Below are positions 27,151 to 36,315 of a stretch of 62,844 nucleotides of DNA, in pieces; positions within the stretch are counted from its first letter, which is position 1; each line of letters begins with the position of its first letter. The notes below the pieces were generated by a model that saw only the letters and a program-made list of their open reading frames with translations, did not search any database and was not told the origin of the DNA. Source of the stretch: an uncultured Ectothiorhodospiraceae bacterium (lineage in GTDB: Bacteria; Pseudomonadota; Gammaproteobacteria; SZUA-152); the NCBI GenBank assembly GCA_964645165.1, contig CAZXZI010000002.1, forward strand, positions 1 to 62,844, read 5' to 3'. The translations under genes were made by a program, and so were the position numbers.

Positions 27151-29157
27151 ATGTCTGATCTCAATCCCCGCCAGAAAGCCGCGGTGCGCTACATTGACGG
27201 CCCCTTGCTGGTGCTGGCCGGAGCCGGTTCCGGCAAGACCCGGGTGATCACGCAGAAGATCGTGCATCTGGTGCAGAACTGCGATATCAAGGGTCACCAC
27301 ATCACCGCGGTGACCTTTACCAACAAGGCCTCGCGGGAGATGCAGGCGCGGCTCAAGGGTGAGTTGAAGGCTGCGGAGCGTCGCGGCATGCGGGTTTCCA
27401 CCTTTCACAATCTGGGTCTGAATATTCTCAAGCGTGACGGCAAGGTGCTGGGACTACGCAAGGGTTTTTCCATTTACGATGCGCAGGATTCGCAGGCGCT
27501 GATCAAGGAACTGATGCGCCGCGCCTTTGATGATGACGAGGCAGCGCAGGAATTTCAGTGGCAGATTTCCAAGTGGAAAAATGACATGGTCAGCCCCGCG
27601 CAGGCTCAGACTGCGGCCAATGACGACCCCAAAATGGTGGCGGCTTCCATGTTGTTCGAACAGTACAATCACCATCTGAGGGCCTACAATGCCGTGGATT
27701 TTGACGACCTCATCGGCCTGCCAGCGCAGCTGTTCAGCGATTTCCCCGAGGTGCTGGATCGCTGGCAGAATCGCATTCGTTACCTGCTGGTGGACGAATA
27801 TCAGGACACCAACAGCGCCCAGTACCGGCTGGTGCAGAACCTGGTGGGTGTGCGCGGCGCGTTGACCGTGGTGGGTGACGACGACCAATCGATTTATGCC
27901 TGGCGCGGCGCGCAGCCGGAAAACCTGGCCCTGCTAAAGGACGATTTTCCCACCCTCAAGGTCATCAAGCTGGAGCAAAATTACCGCTCCACCGGACGTA
28001 TTCTCAAGGCCGCCAACCAGCTCATCGACAACAACCCGCACGTGTTTGAAAAACGTCTGTGGTCCGAATTGGGTTTTGGTGACCCCATCAAAGTGGTGCA
28101 GGCGCGCAACGAAGATCACGAAGCGGAGCAGGTGGTGTCACGGCTGTTGGCGCACAAGTTTCAGAATGGCGGGCGCTTCAGTGATTACGCTATTTTGTAT
28201 CGTGGCAATCACCAGTCGCGGTTGTTTGAAAAAGGCCTGCGGGAAAACCAGTTGCCCTATCAAATCTCTGGCGGCACGTCGTTTTTTGCCTATCAGGAAG
28301 TGAAAGACATCATGGCCTACATGAAACTGCTGGTGAACCCGGATGACGACACCGCCTTTGTGCGCGTGGTCAACACACCGCGGCGTGAGATCGGTCCGGC
28401 CACGTTGGAAAAAATAGCCACCTATGCGGCGGAACGTGGTGTGAGCATGTGCAATGCTTGCGAAGAAATCGGCCTGGAGACGCAACTGAATTACCGTGCG
28501 CTCACGAATGTGCGCACATTTATCAGTTGGCTTTCAGCAAAAGCAGAACTGGCCGAACGCGGTGACCCGGTGGCCGCCGTCAAAGAACTGATCAACGACA
28601 TTGCTTACGAAGACTGGCTGCTGAACACCAGTAACGACCCCAAGACTGCAGAGCGGCGCATGGGGAATGTGCATGAGCTGGTGGACTGGCTTGGGAACAT
28701 GGCCAAAAAAGCTGAGGAGGGTGCGACCCTGGGCGAGCTGGTGGCACAGATGGCGTTGATGGATATTCTCGAACGCAACGAGGAAGAGGCGCGCGACGAT
28801 TGTATTTCGTTAATGACCTTGCACGCAGCCAAAGGGCTGGAATTTCCGCACGTATTCGTAGTGGGCATGGAAGAAAACCTGCTGCCCCACCACGCCAGTC
28901 TGGAAGCAGGCGATATCGAAGAAGAGCGTCGGCTGGCTTACGTGGGTATCACCCGCGCGCAAAAAACGCTGACGTTTACGATGGCTGCAAAGCGGCGCAA
29001 ACACGGCGAGACTGTCGACTGCGAACCCAGCCGTTTTCTCGACGAGCTGCCCGAAGACGACCTGGCGTGGGAAGGCCGCGGGCACGAGCAAGCCCCGGAA
29101 GAGCGTCAGGAACGGGGCCGTGCTCATCTATCGAATCTGCGTGATATGCTGGGATGA
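27151..29157 (+). CDS. rep: ATP-dependent DNA helicase Rep (UvrD/Rep SF1)
   Basis: LNPRQKAAV, AGAGSGKTRVIT, LLVDEYQDTN, VGDDDQSIYAWRGA, QNYRS, TLHAAKGLEFPHVF and YVGITRA are present, and the 668-aa length is typical of Rep. Confidence 0.9.
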   Translation: MSDLNPRQKAAVRYIDGPLLVLAGAGSGKTRVITQKIVHLVQNCDIKGHHITAVTFTNKASREMQARLKGELKAAERRGMRVSTFHNLGLNILKRDGKVLGLRKGFSIYDAQDSQALIKELMRRAFDDDEAAQEFQWQISKWKNDMVSPAQAQTAANDDPKMVAASMLFEQYNHHLRAYNAVDFDDLIGLPAQLFSDFPEVLDRWQNRIRYLLVDEYQDTNSAQYRLVQNLVGVRGALTVVGDDDQSIYAWRGAQPENLALLKDDFPTLKVIKLEQNYRSTGRILKAANQLIDNNPHVFEKRLWSELGFGDPIKVVQARNEDHEAEQVVSRLLAHKFQNGGRFSDYAILYRGNHQSRLFEKGLRENQLPYQISGGTSFFAYQEVKDIMAYMKLLVNPDDDTAFVRVVNTPRREIGPATLEKIATYAAERGVSMCNACEEIGLETQLNYRALTNVRTFISWLSAKAELAERGDPVAAVKELINDIAYEDWLLNTSNDPKTAERRMGNVHELVDWLGNMAKKAEEGATLGELVAQMALMDILERNEEEARDDCISLMTLHAAKGLEFPHVFVVGMEENLLPHHASLEAGDIEEERRLAYVGITRAQKTLTFTMAAKRRKHGETVDCEPSRFLDELPEDDLAWEGRGHEQAPEERQERGRAHLSNLRDMLG

Positions 29158-29212
29158 CACCTCGTGCTAAGGACTGAGTAACGTGGCACACCGGCAGAGA
29201 CTGTTTGCTATC

Positions 29213-29392
29213 GTCATCCTGGCGCAGGCCGGGATCCAGAGATTTTTTTACGTTCTCCAGGATTATTCGCTGCGCTCACCCTTCGGGTTGCCTGCGGCGT
29301 TCAACGCGCTTCGCGCTTAATGTTCCGGCCTCGGCAACTGCTCCATGCGTTGTGCTAGCTCCTCTGTCCATGCAATCGTATGCCGGAATGAC
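29213..29392. repeat. Family-A REP-like units (gtcatcc[ct]ggcgcaggccgggatccag type)
   Basis: A short unit at 29213-29239 and a long unit at 29324-29392 are homologous to 22014-22040 and 22135-22232. Further copies lie at 33501-33527 and 44399-44486. Confidence 0.75.
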
Positions 29393-29425
29393 AAAAACCC
29401 ATTAGCGTTTTTTAAGGTAGTCACC

Positions 29426-29956
29426 ATGCGCCACCCATTAATCATTTTTCTACTATTCAACCTAATCACCACCAGCGCCATCGCCGCCGGAAGCCGGCCG
29501 GTGGAAATGGACGATGGTGATGACGAAGATCTCGTCGTACCACAAAAACTGCAACTCACCATCAGCAAAAATATGCCCGCCCTCAGCAAACTTTCACGCG
29601 AAAATAACGTGCCCATCCTGCTGATGTTTGCCACCGAAGATTGTCACTATTGCCAACGTCTGGAAGCCGAAGTGCTGGGGCCCATGCGCATTGCGGGTAT
29701 CGATCCGCAGCGAGTTATTCTGCGCAAAGTGATGATGGACGAATACGACGAACTGCTTGATTTTGATGGCAGCAAACGCAACGCAGAAAGTTTCAGTATC
29801 AACCGAGGGGTGGAGGTGGTCCCGACCCTGCAACTGGTCAATGCAAAAGGTGAAGAGCTGGTGCCGAAGATTGTGGGTTATCAAACACCCGGAATGTACA
29901 GCAGCTATCTTGAAGAAGCGATTGAGGTTTCCCAAATGTTGCTAGAGAAAAAGTGA
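29426..29956 (+). CDS. Periplasmic thioredoxin-fold protein (CxxC)
   Basis: A signal peptide MRHPLIIFLLFNLITTSAIAA is followed by LLMFATEDCHYCQRLE and VVPTL. Confidence 0.7.
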   Translation: MRHPLIIFLLFNLITTSAIAAGSRPVEMDDGDDEDLVVPQKLQLTISKNMPALSKLSRENNVPILLMFATEDCHYCQRLEAEVLGPMRIAGIDPQRVILRKVMMDEYDELLDFDGSKRNAESFSINRGVEVVPTLQLVNAKGEELVPKIVGYQTPGMYSSYLEEAIEVSQMLLEKK

Positions 29957-30013
29957 CCGACAGCTACGAAGCTGCCTTTGTCGGTGTTCTTAATTTAGGC
30001 AGCCGTAGGTTTT

Positions 30014-30757
30014 TCAGGCCTTGCCCATCTCCTTAAGCCGTCGCCGTGCTGCGGCCACCAATCGCCGACTTACTTCCAGTTTGTCATCAATGCCGCGAAA
30101 ACAAATCTGGCATTTACCTTCGTTGTCTTTTTCCAGTCTTTCAATAAACTTAATTGCGACTAATGAATTACGATGAATGCGCAGAAATCGTTCGCCGTAT
30201 TCTTCTTCCAGTGATTTTAATGAATCGTCAATAAGCAGGGTGCCTTCGGGGTGGCGCACGGAGACGTATTTTTGTTCGGCCTGAAAATAATAGATTTTTT
30301 CCGAGGGAACTAACTGCAAGTTGCCCCCCGCGTAGGCGCTGATGTGACTGCGTGAGCGTTGCGCATCTTCCTGTTTACCCAGTTCCAGCAGTTGGGCGCG
30401 GTTTATTTTTTGCGCCTTGCTGAGTGCATCTTCTAATCGTTCACGACGAATTGGTTTGAGCAGGTAGTCCACAGCGTTGGCCTCGAAGGCGGCCAGGGCA
30501 TGTTCGCTGAAGGCGGTAGTGAAGATCACCGCGGGCGGGTGTTTCATGTGCGACAGGTGCAGGGCAGTTTCCAGGCCGTCCATTTCCGGCATGCGGATGT
30601 CCAGCAGTACCACGTCGGGATTGAGCACGCTGGAGCGCAGCAGAGCCTCTTTACCACTTTTCGCTTCGCCAACAATTTCCGCCTCCGGAAGATTCTCCAA
30701 CAAGCGAAGCATGCGCGTGCGAGCCAGGGGTTCGTCATCGACAATGAGGATTTTCAT
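30014..30757 (-). CDS. algR: LytTR-family response regulator AlgR
   Basis: The protein is colinear with P. aeruginosa AlgR (ILIVDDEPLAR, VLLDIRMPEMDGL, PAVIFTTA, YLLKP, SHISA, FLRIHRNSLVA). It sits in conserved argH / algZ-algR synteny. Confidence 0.85.
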   Translation of the reverse strand: MKILIVDDEPLARTRMLRLLENLPEAEIVGEAKSGKEALLRSSVLNPDVVLLDIRMPEMDGLETALHLSHMKHPPAVIFTTAFSEHALAAFEANAVDYLLKPIRRERLEDALSKAQKINRAQLLELGKQEDAQRSRSHISAYAGGNLQLVPSEKIYYFQAEQKYVSVRHPEGTLLIDDSLKSLEEEYGERFLRIHRNSLVAIKFIERLEKDNEGKCQICFRGIDDKLEVSRRLVAAARRRLKEMGKA

Positions 30758-31908
30758 GTTTGATTTTTCCCGTTGTTGTCTGTGCCGGTGTTACTGCGTT
30801 GGTAGGGAATAATCAACGTAATGATGTAATCGTTTTCATCTTGCTGCACGCTGAGTTTACCTGCCTCACCATAAATAGCGGCTAGCCGTTGGCGAACATT
30901 ATCCTGGGCGATCTGGTTGCCTTTCTTCTGTTCGGCATTTTCTCGCGGTGACAGCGGGTTGCTGATGCTGATGTAAATGTCATTTTCGTAAATATGGCCG
31001 TCGATGCCGATGGTGCCGCCATGGCCTATGGGTTCTATACCGTGGTAGATGGCATTTTCCAGCAGCGGTTGCAGGATGAGTCGCGGCACCGAGGCGTCTT
31101 TGGGTAGCTCGTCCACGCTCCAGCGTAGTTGCAGGCGTTCGCCGAGGCGCAGCTTTTCAATTTCAAGATAGCGTTGGGTGAGTGTTAGTTCGTCGGCAAG
31201 ATTGATGTGCAAGCTGGCATCGGCAAGATTGTTGCGAAACAGATCAGCGAGATTTTCCACCGCGGCTTCCGCCTGGTCTGCATCAACTTGGGTGAGACTG
31301 GCGATGGTGTTGAGGCTGTTGAATAAAAAATGCGGGCGGATGCGTGACTGCAACGCCTGTAATCGTGACTGTGCCTCGGCGTGCACATTCTGTTTCCACT
31401 GGTGCTGAATATAAAAGAAGCGCAGCACGATGGCGCTGAAGATTGCGCTGATGCCGAGGTTGCGCAGCAGCAGGTCTATTTGCCAGGGACTGGGAGGCCA
31501 GAAATTCGCATTCCAATTTTCCATGCTTAGATAACTGCCGATCATGAAGGCGACTTCAGTAATCACCAGGGTGGTGAACAGTAACAATAAATAGCTGATG
31601 GTAGCGGCGCGGGTTTTTGTCATGCGTGCCAGTAGAGGGCGAGTCAGGCACAGGACACCGGCGCTGCTGAGCCCCACCCACTGTACAAATAGCGAGATGA
31701 TGCTGAGGTCGTTCCAGCGATCGCCACTACCACGCAGCGGTGAAAGGGTGAGCACGATGGCGAGCAGCTCGCTGATGACCACCACGGCGAAGACCATGCG
31801 CACGTTGCAAAAATCCGGCAGGAAGAAGCTGTCGGCTGTTGCGTTGGTGGCGTTGGTGGCGTTGGTAGCGTTGGCTGCGGTGTTAGTGTTGTGTGTAGTG
31901 GGGTTCAT
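30754..31908 (-). CDS. algZ: LytS/AlgZ(FimS)-type sensor histidine kinase
   Basis: Multiple TM segments are followed by RIRPHFLFNSLNTIASL (His_kinase PF06580 motif) and LLENAIYHG. An ATGA overlap links it to algR. Confidence 0.8.
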   Translation of the reverse strand: MNPTTHNTNTAANATNATNATNATADSFFLPDFCNVRMVFAVVVISELLAIVLTLSPLRGSGDRWNDLSIISLFVQWVGLSSAGVLCLTRPLLARMTKTRAATISYLLLLFTTLVITEVAFMIGSYLSMENWNANFWPPSPWQIDLLLRNLGISAIFSAIVLRFFYIQHQWKQNVHAEAQSRLQALQSRIRPHFLFNSLNTIASLTQVDADQAEAAVENLADLFRNNLADASLHINLADELTLTQRYLEIEKLRLGERLQLRWSVDELPKDASVPRLILQPLLENAIYHGIEPIGHGGTIGIDGHIYENDIYISISNPLSPRENAEQKKGNQIAQDNVRQRLAAIYGEAGKLSVQQDENDYIITLIIPYQRSNTGTDNNGKNQT

Positions 31909-32092
31909 AGAGGTTCAAGTGTAACGAAGCACGCTGTGCGGAGCTATGTTGGCGAATCGGTTAGCCTTTTGTGCTGAGTCATGGGTCATTTTGCTCGTGT
32001 GCCGCTTTCCAGTGGGGCTATGAATCAATATCGTCTATACTGCGCGTCAGCTTGAGCACTAAGAATACGAGTAATTTTCAGGTAAATCGCAG

Positions 32093-33484
32093 ATGAATGA
32101 CAACGTAGAAAAACCCTGGGGTGGCCGCTTTACCGAGCCCACCGATGCCTTTGTTGAAGCCTTTACTGCCTCGGTAAACTTCGACAAGCGGCTCTACGCC
32201 CACGACATTGCCGGTTCCGTCGCCCACGCCACCATGTTGGCCAAGGTGGGCGTGCTCACCGATGATGAGCGTGATGCCATCGTCGCCGGGCTCGCGGTAA
32301 TTAAAGCCGAGATCGAGGCCGGCACGTTTGAATGGTCGGTGGCACGCGAAGATGTGCACATGAATATCGAGGCGCGGCTGATTGAGAATATCGGTGAGGT
32401 GGGTAAAAAACTGCACACCGGCCGTTCGCGCAACGATCAGGTGGCCACCGATATCCGCTTGTATCTGCGCGATGAGTTGCAGACCTGTCTGCTTGAATTG
32501 AAGCGTCTGCAAACCGCGCTGGTAGATATGGCTGCACAAGAGGCCGATACCATCATGCCCGGTTTCACCCATTTACAGACCGCGCAGCCGGTAACCTTTG
32601 GTCATCATCTGCTGGCCTGGTTTGAAAATCTCAAACGTGATCACGGCCGGCTGGTGGATTGCGCCAAACGCACCAACGTGATGCCGCTGGGCTCCGCCGC
32701 GCTGGCCGGCACCTCCTATCCCATCGACAGGGAATACGCAGCACAATTGCTGGGTTTCGACGCGGCCACGGAAAATTCGCTGGATTCGGTGAGTGACCGA
32801 GACTTTGCCATCGAGTTTGTGTCGGCGGCGGCGTTGATCATGGTGCACCTGTCGCGCTTTTCCGAAGAGATCATTCTCTGGGCCTCGGCACAGTTTAATT
32901 TTGTCGAGCTGGGCGACAGCTTTTGCACGGGCTCATCCATCATGCCGCAAAAGAAAAATCCTGACGTGCCGGAATTGATTCGCGGCAAGACCGGTCGTGT
33001 TACCGGTAACCTGATGAGCCTGTTGATGTTGATGAAGGGCCAGCCGTTGGCCTACAACAAAGACAATCAGGAAGACAAAGAACCGTTGTTTGACACTGTG
33101 GATAACCTGCGCGCCAGCCTGCGGGTGTTTGCGGACATGATTCCGGCCATTGTTGCCAAACACGACAACATGCGCGAAGCGGCACGGCGGGGGTTTTCCA
33201 CTGCTACTGATTTGGCGGACTACCTCGTGCGGCAGGGCGTCCCGTTTCGTGATGCACATGAGGTGGTCGGCAAGGCCGTGCGCCTGGGGGTGGATAGTGG
33301 CCGCGATCTGGCCGAGATGTCACTGGCAGAGCTGCAAGGCTTCTCGGATAAGATTCAACAAGACGTGTTTGATGTGCTGACCCTGGAAGGCTCCGTCGCA
33401 GCGCGTGACCATCTTGGTGGTACCGCGCCGGCGCAGGTGCGCGCCGCTGCTGCACGCGCCCGACAATGGCTGGCTTCACCATAG
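32093..33484 (+). CDS. argH: Argininosuccinate lyase
   Basis: [18 protein letters not shown] and [20 protein letters not shown] form the fumarate-lyase signature. Confidence 0.97.
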   Translation: MNDNVEKPWGGRFTEPTDAFVEAFTASVNFDKRLYAHDIAGSVAHATMLAKVGVLTDDERDAIVAGLAVIKAEIEAGTFEWSVAREDVHMNIEARLIENIGEVGKKLHTGRSRNDQVATDIRLYLRDELQTCLLELKRLQTALVDMAAQEADTIMPGFTHLQTAQPVTFGHHLLAWFENLKRDHGRLVDCAKRTNVMPLGSAALAGTSYPIDREYAAQLLGFDAATENSLDSVSDRDFAIEFVSAAALIMVHLSRFSEEIILWASAQFNFVELGDSFCTGSSIMPQKKNPDVPELIRGKTGRVTGNLMSLLMLMKGQPLAYNKDNQEDKEPLFDTVDNLRASLRVFADMIPAIVAKHDNMREAARRGFSTATDLADYLVRQGVPFRDAHEVVGKAVRLGVDSGRDLAEMSLAELQGFSDKIQQDVFDVLTLEGSVAARDHLGGTAPAQVRAAAARARQWLASP

Positions 33485-33594
33485 ACTGGTTTTTATTGTC
33501 GTCATTCCGGCGTAGGCCGGAATCCAGGAGGTTTGGTAAGCCACTGGATTCCGCTATTCACCGGAATCATGAAAAAAATATCAGTGATGGCTTT

Positions 33595-34602
33595 TTGAAC
33601 CATGCGCTGCAATCTCTGCGTGTTGCAGCCGTCGCCTTTTTTCTTAACGGTGCCGTGCTGAGTATTGCCGCCGCACAACCCGTCACCCCCTTTTTTAGTT
33701 CCAACCAAAGCCCCGTTATTCAACTCCACAACCTGCCTGCTATCGACAGTGCCAGCATTCTGCAGGAACACCGTGCGCGTTATCGATTGGTGAATGGTCT
33801 CGCCAGCAATTACACGGTTGAAAATAAGCCTAACGAAAAGTTGTTGTTCGATGGTGAAACCAATCGCACCACGTTTGTCTATTCGCGCGGTGTGGGCAAA
33901 GGGTGGGAATGGGGTGTGCAGATTCCGTTTGTGAATCACAGTGGCGGTTCGCTGGATAGTTTTATTGAAGACTGGCACAGCACCTTTGGACTGCCGCAGG
34001 GTGGACGCAATACCGCGCCGCGTAACCAGTTTAAGTATTTTTATCAGCGCAACGGCGTGAGCCAATTGTCACTGACAAAGGCGACATCCGGGATTGGCGA
34101 TGTGCGATTGACGGCAGGTCGACAGTGGCCAAATGCAGGCAAAGGGATACGCTTGGCGATCCGCAGTTCGCTGAGTCTGCCCACGGGTGATAGTGATCAG
34201 TTGCGCGGCAGTGGTACCGCAGAAGCCGCGTTGTGGGTGAGCGCAGATCGCAACGCGTCGTGGTTCAATTATCCCGGTGGCGCCTTTGGCGGCGGAGGAC
34301 TGTTGCTGATGGGCAAAGGCGATGTGCTGGCGGATCAGCAACGCCATGTTGCCGCGTTTGCTAGCCTCGGCGCAGGCGTGCGCGTGTTGCCGTGGATGAC
34401 GCTCAAATTACAGGCCGACGTGAACAGTTCTTTTTATGATGCCAGTTCGCTGTCGCAGATCAACGCCACTGCCGTGCAACTGCTAATGGGCGGTGACCTG
34501 CGCATCAACAAACATGTGCAAGTAGATGTCATGGTCGGCGAAGACATCACTGTGCACGCCTCGCCGGACGTGGTGTTCCATCTCGATTTGGTGGTGGAGT
34601 AG
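33595..34602 (+). CDS. DUF3187-like outer-membrane protein
   Basis: The signal-like N-terminus is reached from the TTG at 33595. [44 protein letters not shown] and a beta-rich C-terminus are present. The start is uncertain. Confidence 0.55.
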   Translation: MNHALQSLRVAAVAFFLNGAVLSIAAAQPVTPFFSSNQSPVIQLHNLPAIDSASILQEHRARYRLVNGLASNYTVENKPNEKLLFDGETNRTTFVYSRGVGKGWEWGVQIPFVNHSGGSLDSFIEDWHSTFGLPQGGRNTAPRNQFKYFYQRNGVSQLSLTKATSGIGDVRLTAGRQWPNAGKGIRLAIRSSLSLPTGDSDQLRGSGTAEAALWVSADRNASWFNYPGGAFGGGGLLLMGKGDVLADQQRHVAAFASLGAGVRVLPWMTLKLQADVNSSFYDASSLSQINATAVQLLMGGDLRINKHVQVDVMVGEDITVHASPDVVFHLDLVVE

Positions 34603-34742
34603 CCCCTCATATCTCCACCTGGGGCTGGCTTTTTGATAGCACTCGTCGAGGACTTCCTGTAAGCTTCACGCCCGCCATCAGGCTGGCCTCGATCCGAAGA
34701 ACAGGCCGACATTTCAGCACCGAACCCCACAGAGATACTTTT

Positions 34743-36011
34743 ATGAGTTTTGCCGACCTGGGCCTATCCGCCCCTATTCTAAAAGCCGTTGCCGAGAAAG
34801 GCTACGACACACCTTCGCCTATCCAGCTTGAGGCGATACCGGCGGTGATTGACGGTCGGGACGTGATGGCCGCCGCGCAAACCGGCACCGGCAAAACCGC
34901 AGGTTTTACGCTGCCCATATTGGAATTGCTGTCGAAAGGCGAACGTGCGCAGGCCAATCAGGCGCGCGCACTGATTTTAACCCCGACCCGCGAGTTGGCG
35001 GCACAGGTGGGCGAGAGCGTTTCTATTTACGGCAAACATCTATCGTTGAGTTCGGCCGTGGTGTTTGGCGGTGTAAAAATCAATCCGCAAATGATGAAGC
35101 TGCGCAAGGGTGTGGACGTGCTGGTCGCCACGCCTGGACGACTGCTGGATTTGTACAATCAGAAGGCGGTGAAGTTTACGCACCTGGAGGTGCTGGTGCT
35201 GGACGAGGCCGACCGCATGCTGGACATGGGCTTCATTCATGACATTCGCAAAATTCTCGCCACCTTGCCCAAGCAACGTCAAAACCTGATGTTCTCGGCC
35301 ACCTTCTCGAATGAGATTCGCACCTTGGCCAAAGGCATGGTGAATAACCCGGTGGAAATTTCGGTCACCCCGCGCAATGCCGCGACGCCCACTGTTGAAC
35401 AGTGGATTCATCCTGTGGACAAAAAGCAAAAATCCGCGTTGCTCGCACAATTGATTCACGACAACGACTGGCAGCAGGTGCTGGTGTTCAGTCGTACTAA
35501 ACACGGCGCCAACCGTCTGGCTCGTTACCTGGAAGAAAAGGGCATTGGTGCAGCGGCGATTCACGGTAATAAAAGTCAGGGTGCGCGCACCAAGGCGCTG
35601 GCAGATTTTAAACGTGGCAAGGTCAGGGTGTTGGTGGCAACGGATATCGCCGCACGTGGGCTGGATATCGAGCAACTACCGCAGGTTGTGAATTTTGATC
35701 TGCCCAATGTGCCGGAAGATTATGTACATCGCATCGGTCGCACCGGTCGTGCGGGTGCCACGGGACATGCGGTGTCTTTGGTGAGTGCGGACGAGATCAA
35801 ACAGCTTTCGGATATCGAACGACTGACGCAAAAATTGTTGGAACGTAAACTCGTGGACGGTTTTGAACCGGTGCATGATCTGCCGGCATCGCGGCTGGGT
35901 GGCCGACCCATCAAACCCAAGAAGCCTAAAAAGCCAAAATCAGGTCATCATGATGGCCAGCGTTCGGGCGAAAATGCGCAGGGACATCGAGCCAGTCGTC
36001 GGCGAAGATAA
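34743..36011 (+). CDS. rhlE: DEAD-box ATP-dependent RNA helicase RhlE
   Basis: The Q-motif, [21 protein letters not shown] and [10 protein letters not shown] are present, with a basic C-terminal tail. Confidence 0.92.
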   Translation: MSFADLGLSAPILKAVAEKGYDTPSPIQLEAIPAVIDGRDVMAAAQTGTGKTAGFTLPILELLSKGERAQANQARALILTPTRELAAQVGESVSIYGKHLSLSSAVVFGGVKINPQMMKLRKGVDVLVATPGRLLDLYNQKAVKFTHLEVLVLDEADRMLDMGFIHDIRKILATLPKQRQNLMFSATFSNEIRTLAKGMVNNPVEISVTPRNAATPTVEQWIHPVDKKQKSALLAQLIHDNDWQQVLVFSRTKHGANRLARYLEEKGIGAAAIHGNKSQGARTKALADFKRGKVRVLVATDIAARGLDIEQLPQVVNFDLPNVPEDYVHRIGRTGRAGATGHAVSLVSADEIKQLSDIERLTQKLLERKLVDGFEPVHDLPASRLGGRPIKPKKPKKPKSGHHDGQRSGENAQGHRASRRRR

Positions 36012-36315
36012 ACGCAATTTTTTAACGTTGTGCGTGGACATTAGCACAATGACTGTTCATTTCATCAGTAGTAATACCCATCCTTTTTTCCTGCCGTAAT
36101 CCTATTCGGTCATATTCCGCATATTTTATGCGGAAAACTACGTCGCGTGTGAAGCATCGATATCTTATCCTGCATGCATGAATTAACGCAGGGAAGAACA
36201 CCTGTATTAAGTTCATGCGTAACGCGAAGCAATGATTGTTTTCGCGCATTGAATGAATGCATCCATGGTTTTAGCTTTAATGGTTTTAGCTTCCATGGCT
36301 TATAAGGAGATGAAG

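Noticed and set aside
33466-33594. The long N-terminal extension of the DUF3187-like ORF, and an out-of-frame ATG at 33569 (MKKISVMAF*) that might indicate a frameshift in a poly-A/T run.
   Set aside because: The extension overlaps the argH 3' end and a REP unit. The frameshift idea rests only on a nice-looking MKK start and has no supporting evidence. I used the in-frame TTG at 33595 instead.
36022-36249. A 75-aa minus-strand ORF in the rhlE / orphan-gene intergenic region.
   Set aside because: The region is A/T-rich and promoter-like. The ORF has no RBS, and its composition (Cys/Arg/His-rich) is unusual for a real protein.
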